This document shows, one piece after another, positions 12,961-23,164 of a DNA stretch of 64,000 nt (position 1 is the first letter of the stretch; each line of letters starts with the position of its first letter). A model generated the notes under the pieces. That model saw nothing but the letters and a program-made list of their open reading frames with translations, was not told the origin of the DNA and did no database searches. The stretch is from Chlorokybus atmophyticus. Taxonomy: Eukaryota > Plantae > Mesostigma and Chlorokybus algae. The stretch lies in NCBI GenBank assembly GCA_009103225.1, contig RHPI01002368.1:74841-138840 (forward strand). Reading direction: 5' to 3'. A program made the position numbers and the translations under genes.

Positions 12961-13954
12961 AATGACCATTGCTCTACACACACTTTGTTTGCCCTTTACA
13001 CTCTGGTTACCGCTGAGCTGCTCTGCTGGTAATTCTCCAAGTGTGGCTGTTGCATGTGCAATTACTGATAACAGTGGGGTGTGTGCCTTTGTGCAACTTG
13101 GAGATCTAGCAGCAGATCAGCTCAGGCACAACCGCCACAATTGTGTTCACAACAACATAGTGACTAGCAGATTAGTTACATTACAACTATACTACACAAC
13201 AACTACCAAACTACCACCAAACTATACAACTACACAACAACAACAACTACACAACAACTATACAACTACCAAACTACCACCAAACTATAGGCCTTGTGCA
13301 AGGATGACGCAAAGATCTGACCTTGTACTTTGTATTACCTCATGGCCGTAGCACAGCCTGCAAGGCAAAGCGGGTTGCGCTCAAAACTGTTGGACACAAA
13401 TCAGGCATGCAAGCGCCTAACACTGGCAGTAGAATTGCCCAAACATGCTGTTGGAAAACCCCCTCACAACTGCACTCACATATGCACAAATACAAGGTAT
13501 GTTTGCGCAGCAGAAGAAGTGAACACGGACTTTTGCGACACACACGCGCATACACACACATGAGAGCTTACAATCAACTGCCCCAGCTGACTGGACACCA
13601 TACACACACATGCACATTCATGTGATACGCATGCAAGGATGCATTTATCTGTCCCTGCCGTTGCTAGAGCTCTTGCCAACTTCTTGGGCACCGTGACTGG
13701 CGGTGTCCTGCAAACATGCTGCAGGCAATGCTCAACCTGTTGATAGCAGCTGTAAGAATGCCAAGACACCCAAAACACAGAGCCAAATACTCTGACCTGA
13801 GTCTCATCCACAAACACACCATGCCTGGCATGCGAGCTCTGGTTTACCTGCTGTCTTGGAAGCAGCCGGCTGGATCATCATACCCTCTGTTGATGCATGC
13901 AAGCATCTGAGTCAACCAAATACCTACCTCATGTTCGACGAGATCAACTACACT

Positions 13955-14470
13955 GGACCTAAAGCGACCGGCCATCGCTGAATGGTAGCTGTTTACCTGT
14001 GGATCACACACCGTAGTTAACCAGCAGTAGAGTCAGACATAGAGCAGGGAAATAACTTTTGAGAGACACAATGCTAGCGCAAGCACACACAGAAAGAACA
14101 CCCTTTTGCCGCAAGGCCACTGAGGGGTTATGCCCAAGGCTGCCCCAGCGGCTTGCAGCAAACACCTTTTGTGCCGCAGCACCGGTAAGGCCACTGAGGG
14201 GTTATGCACAAGGCTGCCCCAGCGGCTTGCAGCAAACACCTTTTTGCTGCAGCACAGGCAAGGCCATTGAGGGGTTATGCACAAGGCTGCCCCAGCGGCT
14301 TGCAGCAAACACCTTTTTGCCGCAGCACAGGCAAGGCCACTGAGGGGTTATGCCCAAGGCTGCCCCAGCGGCTTGCAGCAAACAACTTTTGTGCCGCAGC
14401 ACAGGTAAGGCCACTGAGGGGTTATGCACAAGGCTGCCCCAGCGGCTTGCAGCAAACACAGCACGCACAG

Positions 14471-14512
<42 letters not shown>

Positions 14513-15100
14513 CATGGCATGCGCAAGGAAGCACGGCATGCACGTATCTGCTGTGTAGCCGCTAGCGCTTCAGCATCGCCGCCGCCGCCGCCGCCGACGA
14601 TGACCTTGCCTGCGCCGGCGCCGCCGCCGCCGACCTTGACTAAAATCTGCATGCGAAATGGCTGCTGTAACTTCAAAACCCTAAGTCCATGACCTAAGTC
14701 CATGGACCTAAAGCGACCGGCCATCGCTGAATGGTAGCTGTTTACCTGTAGATCACACACCGTAGTTAACCAACAGTAGAGTCAGAAATGGAGCAGGGAA
14801 ATGACTCTTGAAAGACACAATGCTAGCGCAAGCACACACAGAAAGAACACCTTTTTGCCGCAAGGCCACTGAGGGGTTATGCACAAGGCTGCCCCAGCGG
14901 CTTGCAGCGAACACAGCACGCACAGCACGCACACACACACACACGCATGCATGGAATGCGCAAGGAAGCACGGCATGCACGTATATGCTGTGTAGCCGCT
15001 AGCGCTCCAGCATCGCCGCCGCCGACGACGACGACGATGACCTTGCATGCGCCGGCGCCGCCGCCGCCGACCTTGACCAAAATCTGCATGCGACGTATCT
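13955..15100. repeat. Tandem segmental duplication containing an approx. 73 bp minisatellite (5 units at 14090-14455, 1 unit near 14864)
   Basis: ggacctaaagcgaccggccatcgctgaatgg at about 13955 and about 14705; unit ccactgaggggttatgcacaaggctgccccagcggcttgcagcaaacac recurs every 73-74 bp. Confidence 0.92.
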
Positions 15101-15223
15101 GCCTGAGATTCTTGCTAGGAGCTCAAAATCGCTGGCGCCGTCGCCACCGACCTCAAAGACTTCGCCGCCAACCACGGCAACCTCGCCGCCTCCCGGCCAC
15201 AACCTACAACAACATGTCCGGGC

Positions 15224-15886
15224 GGTTAGGGTTAGGGTTATGACATATGGCGAAACAGAGTCACAAAAACATTCACCCAGTCCACACCACAGGGCCGGTC
15301 TGAGGTCTTACAGACCGCCCCAGCTCCTCACCAACACATTCACACAAAAACAAAACCACAAGGCAGGACACTGAGGTCTTACAGACCGCCCCAGCGACTC
15401 ACCAGCACACATGCACAGAAACACAAAATTAAGGCAGGTCACTGAGGTCTTACAGACCGCCCCAGTGAATCACCAACAAAATCACAGAAACAAAACCACA
15501 AGGCAGGTCACTGAGGGCTTACATGCCGCCCCAGTGAATCACCAACACATGCACATAACGGAAACCACAAGGCAGGACACTGAGGGCTTACATGCCGCCC
15601 CAGTGAATGACCAGCACACATACACACATGCACGCGCACAAACAAAACATGCAGGCAGGCAGGCTTGCACGTATCTGCCTAAGTAGCTCTGCATCAACCA
15701 AGGATGGCTGCCGCCGTCGCCGCCAACCTCAAGGACCTCGCCGCCGACCACGCCGCCCACAACCTTTATAACTAAAGACGCTGCCGCGGCCGACTCAGAC
15801 AACCTCGCCGCCGACCACAACAACCTCCCCGCCACCAACCTTGCAAACTACAACAACTTACAAAAACGTTAGGGTTAGGGTTAGGG
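15224..15886. promoter_or_regulatory. Putative bidirectional promoter region with short TTAGGG tracts (15224-15240, 15869-15886) bracketing an approx. 70 bp minisatellite (15290-15610)
   Basis: GGTTAGGGTTAGGGTTA and (TTAGGG)3; five units of cactgaggtcttacagaccgccccag; lies between divergent element genes. Confidence 0.55.
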
Positions 15887-16489
15887 ATGCCGGCTATGGC
15901 GTCAAAGGTGATAGCCCATCACCGATGGACCATCACTAATTTGCTTAGGGTTTTGGTGTAGCGATCGAGCAGACAACTTGCAACTGGCAAGGCTGGGCGG
16001 CAAGGGCGGCGTTGTTGGCGAGGTCGGCGGCGGCGTTGGCTTCATTGCTGAAGTGCAAGTGTTGTGTTTTTGCTTGGTTGTTGTAGTCACTTCATTGGGT
16101 CCGAGAACCCTGGCGAGGTGGTTTCTTGCAGCTTCGGGTGGGCTTGCTGGAGGGTTTTGGCACTGCTTCCAACAAGGTGCAGCACATGCCGTGCTTGTCT
16201 TTGTTTGCATGCATGCTCGTTTGATCATTTCGCTAACTGGCAAAAGTGCATGTTGTCTATGTTGTTAGCCACCACTTGATGCTAACCAGAGGGGCGGCCT
16301 CGTGCGTAAGACCACCTCTTGCTCAGTTTTCAAGCTGTTTTATAGTTTTCATTGTGGCTGAGGCTAAAGTGTGCATGCTCAGGCTTGTCTGCATGCTCAA
16401 ATAGGCAGCCGTGTGTGTGTGTGCATGCTCATGTTGCTCAACTATGTGTGCTTGTTTTTGGCTGTGAGGCTTTCCTCAGGTCGTTCATC

Positions 16490-19400
16490 ATGTCCAAGCG
16501 AAATCTCGTTCCCCTTGGCCAGTTTAAGCCTGCAGGTAATAAGTAATATATGCTTGTTCAGCATGAGTATCGTTAACATGTGGTAACACTGGTCATGCAC
16601 ACAGACAAGAAGCACAAGGGTCCAGCGCACAAGAAGGAACCTGCTAAGAAGGAAGCTGTCCTGCAGAAACCCTGCAAGAAATCAAGTAATGTAGCGCTGT
16701 TCCAGCTGACCATACTAACGCATGCTCACTGCGGTTGTTTGCCACCATTGTTGCAATAACACTGTCTATTGCAGACCTTTTTGACACCACAAAGGCTCAG
16801 TTGTTGGAGGGGTTCAATAATTGGCGGAAACTAAGGGAGGAGGAGAAGGCTGGGAAGGCGAAAATGTCCACAAAATACAGTTGGGATGTCGTGGTTGAAG
16901 TAATGCAGAAGAACCTGAATGAAGATCCTCGCTTGATTGAGCTCGACAAGAACTTGCAGATCTGCCTATGGAAGTTCGTGGAGGACCAGCTCAGGCTTTG
17001 TGATCCGGAGGCAGCTGCTAGGGGTATGGACCTCGGGCATTTTGGCCTTGAAGATGTTGTTACCGATAATGACATCCATGAAGAAACGAAGACAAAGTGG
17101 GGAAAGAAATTCTCTGACTGGAGGAAAGCGAAGGCGAAGAGCAAGAACCTCATGTCATGGGGTGAGCTGGTGGTCTTTATCAAGAAAGCGCTGTGCAAAC
17201 CAGACTTGGCTTCCCTCAATCGAGAATGGAGGCTCAAGCTACGGCAGTATGTGGAGGAAGAGCTAAGGCTATGTGATCCAGAGGCAGCTGCTATGGGCAT
17301 CGACATCGGGGAATACGGTCTTGACTACGAAACAGAGGCGCTCAAGCAGCAAGTGGAGGCCCAAGCCAAGCAGCAAGCGGATGCTGAGTCCAAGCAGCAA
17401 GCGGATGCTGAGGCCAAGCAGCAAGCTGACGCGGAGGCCCAGCAGAAAGCTGAGGCCCCATCCAAGTCCCAGACTGCACAAATGCAGAAAGGGCCTCGAC
17501 CTGAAGCCGGTACCTCTGCTTCTGCTGTTGAACCAGAAGACGGTCTACCTCCAGCAGAAACGGAGGGCAGGGTTAGAGCTGGTTGGGCTGTTGCATGATA
17601 AACACCGGCTTCGGCTTTTCGATGCCTATGCAGATTGGAATTGCTTCTATGCCTGCCTTGCCCAATCGCGCCCTCGCGTGAACGCTGCGTGCTTGACACG
17701 CGCGAACGCAGCGGACAACGGGTCTTTCTGGCGAAGCATTGTGCTGGACAATGGCAAACAGCTGCCAACAAGAGAGCAAGCGCAAAAGCTTCGGAAGATC
17801 TGTGCTGAGCAGGTCAACCTTTATTGGTTGCTGGAGTATCGCAATTACGGGGCCTGTGGTGACATGGGCCAGGATTACAAAAAGATGGCCAGGAAATATG
17901 GCGTAACCAGGGCACTTAACAAAAAGCAACTCAAGCCTAAGCAAGATGAAGACAACGCTATAGAGGCTCTGCAGAAAGTGATCGCTGAAGAGAGCGTTTA
18001 TGCCGATCAACTGCAAGTGGCGATCATGGCGCACGCTCTTGGCATTCACATCGATATTGTGCAGCTCACTGAGGTTGCCGACGAGAAGCAGTACTGCTGA
18101 GAAGCAGAGCATAAGGGCGGCCTCATTGAAGGCGATGACGGGAGGTACTACACAGTGGATGCCAAGGGAGAGAAGCATTCCGTCAAACCTGTAGTGGTGG
18201 TTGGCGAGGATGTTATCGATGTGGCTAGCCATATAATCATTGGCAACACGGATCCAAGCAAGCCCAGCGCGCATTACATGTCTGTTGGTGATGCAAATGG
18301 TATACTCTCTTGGCAGCGCAGCGACATGCCACCGAAAGTCCTGCGCTGCATGTACCCTGCAGATGCCGAGCCCCAGCCCCAGCCCCAGCCCCAGCCCCAG
18401 CCCCAGCAGCAAGCCCAGCCCCAGCCCGAGCCGAGGCCCAGCCCCAGCCCAAGCAGCAAGCCGAGCCCCAGCCCAAGCAGCAAGCTGATGCCGAGGCCAA
18501 GCAGGAGGCCAAGCAGCAGGCCAAGCAGCGGGAGGAGGCGGAGGCCAAGACCAAGCTGGATGAGGACAATGCCAAGCAGCGGCAGGAGGAGGCCGAGGCC
18601 AAGCAGAGGCAGGAGGCGGAAGCCAAGGCCAAGCTGGGTGAGGCCAATGCCAAGGCCAAGCAGAGGTTGGAGGCCGAGGCCAAGCAGCAGCAGGAGGAGG
18701 CCAAGGCCAAGCAGGATGAGGCCAATGCTAAGGCCAAGCAGGAGGAGGCCGAGGCCAAGCAGAGGCAGGAGGCGGAGGCTAAGGCCAACGAGGCTAAAGA
18801 CCAGCAAAGGCAGGAGGCTGAGGCCAGGAGCCAGCAGGAGGCTGGCGCTATGCAGGTTGATGCCGCTGTTGAGGAGGAGGCTGATGCTATCAGTGATATG
18901 TCAGTTGACATCAGCACCGCAGCAACCAGTGACACCAGTGACATCAAGAAACGCAGACGCCGCCCGTCACGCCGCCAGCGAGCTGCTTTGCAAAGGGACA
19001 ACACGCCTTCCGGTGCTTTCCAGAAGCTGCATTGTGTGCAACAGGGGGAGCGCACCGTGGACGAATATCACGCGCAGTTTGCACAATTGTGCGGGGTGGC
19101 AAACACCTGCGTTGAGCTGGTGCCTAAGGCCCTTAAACTACAACTGTTTCTCCAGGGACTCAGGAAAGTAGTGCGCATTGGCGTGCCCAAGGGTCCTTGC
19201 AACCAAGATTGGAATGCTGATCAGTTCGATTTGCTTGTGTCGGCTGCCAAGACTTATGAACGGACCTTGCTTGTTAAACAGCAAGCACACCTCTTAGATC
19301 GTTCAAAGTTTGAGTTCGGCAAAGCAAGGCCAAGCAGGTTGCAGAAATTGGAACGACTGGAACAAATCAGCAGTCGTCGGGAGGGCAAGAAGCTGGCACA

Positions 19401-19608
19401 TCAAGCTGCATATCAACGTGAGCAGGAGATGATAGCTGCACAGGAGACCCTTGAGCAGCAGGAGCAGCTGCGTAAGCAGCTGAAGCGGCAGAAGGAGGAG
19501 GAGAGCCAACAAATAAAGCGAATGGCTCAGCAGGGAAAGGAGCAGCGGAAGCAGCGGCGGGAGCAGAAGGAAATACAGCAGCAGCAGCATCCGCAGCAGC
19601 AGAGGTAA
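16490..19608 (+). pseudogene. Element cargo gene: duplicated N-terminal helical repeat + OTU-like cysteine protease + EAK/Q-rich coiled coil + retrotransposon Gag-like domain
   Basis: Spliced start MSKRNLVPLGQFKPA. OTU motifs D.ADWNCFYACLA (17633-17650), YADQLQVAIMAHALGIHIDIVQ, HYMSV (18272). Gag-like AFQKLHCVQQGERTVDEYHAQFAQL...FLQGLR (about 19015-19170). Frameshift near 17550, in-frame TGA 18098-18100, frameshift in the QP repeat near 18425. Confidence 0.8.
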
Positions 19609-20733
19609 ATGTAACAGCAACCTCGAGGTTGTTCACTTCACGACTACCAGCTTTGCAGGTTGGAACACGCATGGACACTGCTTGTACAATAGCAAAAGTT
19701 GCAAGTATTGCTCTCGTTAACATCTGCTGCTGTTGTGTTTGCAGGAGCCTCTGCTACCTCACCATGCCTGTGCAGAATCTATCGTTCTCACAGCGTAGGG
19801 CCAACCTCATGTGTAAATGTATATATTAATTCAAGCTGAACACAGAGGCATCTTCTAGATTTAGCCCTCTGTTTTCTCATTCTCGATTCGGGTCTGAGCT
19901 CATGCTGAATGCAGAGGCATCCTCGTGAATAAGCCCTCTGCTTGCTCATTCTGTCTTTGTATGCAGAGCGTAGGAGCATCACCCTGTGATTAAGCCCCCT
20001 TCTTGCTCACTTTCTTGCCCCCTTCTTGCCTGTGCCACCTGCTTTCGCTGCTAACCAGCAGGAAGTGGAGGTGTTCTTCCAGGTGACATGACAGGAGCTT
20101 GACATGACAGGTTAGAGGAAAGACAATCTCGTGGTCTTTGTACAGGATAAAGTGTGTTAGCTTTAGCTGCCTGTCTGTGTGTGTTGAAGGATTGCAGCAA
20201 AATGCAATCACCCACATCTGCCTGTCCTTGTATGCTTAAAATCATCCCGACTGCACGCGGGTTCACTGCGAACGCACCGCCTTAGGAGCCTTGCTGGCTG
20301 CTGTTTGTATGCAGTCACGGCGCACAGGTAAGTGTGACAGCACTTGTAGAGTGGAGGTGGTAACAGAAGTCAGCAGTAAGTCATGAGGTATGCATCGCTC
20401 TCGTGCATATACTACCTATGATTGCATTTCACCTTCTCAACCACCTCCAGCCTCTGCATGGAACTTGTTGGTCGCGATCTGCTCCAGGGCTTTTTGATGG
20501 ACGGCGGTTGTACCTGCCGCTGGGGTTGGGTTGCTGTTTGTGATATGGCAACTCAGGCTGGCAGTCCTTCTCCCCCCACCCACCTGAGAGAACACCTCTT
20601 GCTGCTGTTGACATGCCGCCCTCGTATTGGCACGCCCTCGTACTCGCCCCGACAACCGCTGAAAACCGGGCATGTGTCCAAAGATTGCACGCAACCACAG
20701 GCATGCGCACAGCAACCTAGAAGTTCTCCTTCT

Positions 20734-20940
20734 CCGCCCACCCACCTGACACAAAACCTCCTGCGGGTTTACTGCGAACGCAGGATGTGGTCCTGCAGAG
20801 CCGTCTCGCGCAAGTCACGTACTGTAGACTTTGTGCACATGCTCAGAGCCTCTGGTTCATGACTTTCGCGAGTCAGCTTTGGTTGGACCATACCCTGCGT
20901 TCGCAGTGAACCCGCAGAAGGTCTGGTCTCGGGTGGGCGG
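20734..20940. repeat. Imperfect inverted repeat (arms about 57-60 bp, spacer about 90 bp) between convergent element genes
   Basis: cctcctgcgggtttactgcgaacgcaggatgtggtcc versus reverse complement of ggaccataccctgcgttcgcagtgaacccgcagaagg. Confidence 0.85.
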
Positions 20941-21128
20941 ACGGCGCAACAGGGCTTGAAGGCGCTCTGGAAGAGACCCTGCCCAGCAGGTCAGTCTTTC
21001 CCGTGCTGGCAAACACAGGCATCCTCATGATTAAGACCTCTTGCTGACTTTATTGGGTCGCTCATTCTGTTGTTGAGTTTGAGTTCAGGCTAACAAAGTG
21101 GCCAGCAATCAAGAGCTACCTCTACCTT

Positions 21129-22874
21129 TCAGTAAAAAGGAGGGTAATCAACAGTGAAGCCTATTGCTTCCAGCAACAGCCTGCCTACATGTTCAGAGTA
21201 AGTTGGTGGAATGGCATTCTTGACTTCCGATTCCGCATCCATCCACTCCACCTGCATGGCAGACTGCCACCCTGCAATCGTGCCACGGCAGGATGCTTGG
21301 CCGTACACCGGGTAAATTTGCCTCTCCCCAGGTAGCAACTGCCGGCGCTGCTCCGGGTGGGTGGCCAGCTCTCCAAGTGCACAACTTGTGTGGTTGCATT
21401 TCAAGTCTCAGTGCAGTGGAGGGTTTGTCTCGAAGATGCGATGACGATACACATCCAACTTGAACATGGTGCCACACAGCTTCAGGTGAGTTGTCAGGTG
21501 TCCTGATGCGCCTGCGACATTCTCTATCACCCATGGCTTGCCGCTCAACTGCAACTTGGCTCTTATGGGGTCAATCAGGTTGACGTGCTCCCATCGATTG
21601 CCGTACGCGGAGCGCTGTGTAGTGGGAATGGCCCCACTTAGAGCTTGACATGGAGGACTTGCCCACACCGCAGCGTATGCTGTCGGGTCAGCGTCCATTG
21701 CATCCATCTGGCAGAACTTGAATGGGTATGACGGTTGTGGCTTGTCGATGCCCTCAACATCAAACCCTGCGCTGTACAGACCCATGGCTACACCACCAGC
21801 GCCGCAAAAGAGATCCAGTGCGCGCGGCCTGCAACGTCTTCCGATTGAGTCTATTGGTGTGCGTGTGATCAGAAGGGGTGGGGGCTTGGGCCATCGATCG
21901 AGCTCTCGACCAGGCAAGTCTTGCAGTTTCAGACAGCTTTGACCACCAACACGAACCATTACGTCGTAACCCTCACGCACAGCTGCCATGTTCCAGTTCT
22001 TTATCAAGATGTGGTGCAGCCGTGGGTCCTCAACGAAATCGTCGTACTTGATGGTATGTTTTCCTGAGCCACATGTTTGCCTGAGCCGGTGCTTGCATGA
22101 GCGTGCGCATGTAAATACTCTGCAGTATACCTGTGTTGGCATCAAAAGTGATGATGTGGCCTGCATACCAGGAGCTCATTCCTGGCCAGTACACCACAAC
22201 GCGGCATGCTACCAAAGACTGCCCCTCATCAACAATCTCCTTCCGCCAAGCAGCCAGTGTCGCGACATCATCGACAACCGCATTCCCCTTTGGCATTCAA
22301 GAGTAAGTTGGTCATGCATGCAAGCGCTGTTTTGCTGTTTGCAAGGACAGTTCAACTCAACAACCGCCAAGCAGCCAGTGTCGCGACATCGTCGACAACC
22401 GCGTTCCCCTTTGGCATTCAAGAGTAAGTTGGTCATGCATGCAAGCGCTGTTTTGCTGTTTGCAAGGACAGTTCAACTCACCCTGTTGTTGACATCGTCT
22501 TCGATTACAGTGGACTTGCCGCGACCGTTGCGCACGAGCTGACGTCGAACCACATTGCACATCTGCCCATCGTGATATGCTCCAGGTCGTGCCCAAGGCA
22601 GGTAATTCATGGGCTCGCCGTCCCACTCAAACTTGGAAAGCGAGCACTGCAGGCAAGTGCACTCCTCCCAAAAGAAATCTGGCCTCATGCATTGTGCCAG
22701 CAGTCTGCATTGCCTCACATTGTCCCCCCTTGCCTTGTGGTGCCAGCAGGCTTCATAGAAGCCATACTGCTCACTGTACAGCTTGCACTTCTCTTCATGC
22801 TGTTGCAGACGTCTGTTGTTGCCATTCCTAACCAAGTATGCTTTGCAGAAGCTACACACTTTGACGCCGCGCAT
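21129..22874 (-). pseudogene. Cys/His-rich + Tudor-like + C5 cytosine DNA methyltransferase fusion gene; one in-frame TGA in this copy
   Basis: Motif I LDLFCGAGG, IV ASPPCQ, VI VIENV, VIII YRHRIFE, terminal AMQVEWM..EVKNAIPPTYSEHVG. Tudor-like LVACRVVVYWPGMSSWYAGHIITFDANTG/KHTIKYDD joined across a phase-1 GT-AG intron (about 22130-22064). TGA at 21408-21410 continues in the same frame into ORF 21129-21404. Confidence 0.9.
22243..22480. repeat. Tandem duplication of about 120 bp (intron plus exon start) inside the methyltransferase gene
   Basis: ccgccaagcagccagtgtcgcgacatc...gttcaactca occurs twice; the duplicated donor is broken (ttgagt), so splicing from the first donor to the second acceptor keeps the frame. 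Confidence 0.88.
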
Positions 22875-23164
22875 GCTGGCGCCACGCTACCTGGCACACA
22901 AACCCTAGAAGCTAATGCACTGGACGGAAGAAGAAAAGGAGCATGTACGCAAATTGTGGAGCATATCCGGATTGACTTTCTGGCTTGTTTTGAATCGGGA
23001 TTGGATGTGTCCTAAACCCTTAATTTACAGTAGGCAGTCATGACGGTGGCGACGGCGGCGGTGTTTGCGGCGGCAGCGTGCCTGCAGGTCTTTGCTTTGG
23101 CTGTATGGAAGTTGATTGGAAGTTGCTTGCAGTATGTTGGCTGACTGCTTTTGATGTTTGTAGC
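22875..23164. promoter_or_regulatory. Short (about 290 bp) putative bidirectional promoter shared by the methyltransferase and transposase genes
   Basis: Head-to-head ATGs at 22874 (-) and 23165 (+); telo-box-like AAACCCTA/AAACCCT at about 22902 and about 23014. Confidence 0.55.

Noticed and set aside
14090-15610. Regularly spaced repeats as a CRISPR array
   Set aside because: Whole units are similar (no unique spacers), no cas genes, eukaryotic intron context; these are minisatellites
15224-15886. True telomere or chromosome fusion site
   Set aside because: Only about 3 units per tract, same orientation, inside a transposon promoter region
21408-21410. TGA readthrough or selenocysteine in the methyltransferase
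   Set aside because: Position is in a variable linker, no SECIS identified, and neighbouring element genes carry similar lesions; simple decay is more likely
21129-21830. Bacterial contamination explaining the phage-like methylase
   Set aside because: It is joined by a GT-AG intron to a Tudor-like exon and lies inside a TIR/TSD-bounded eukaryotic element
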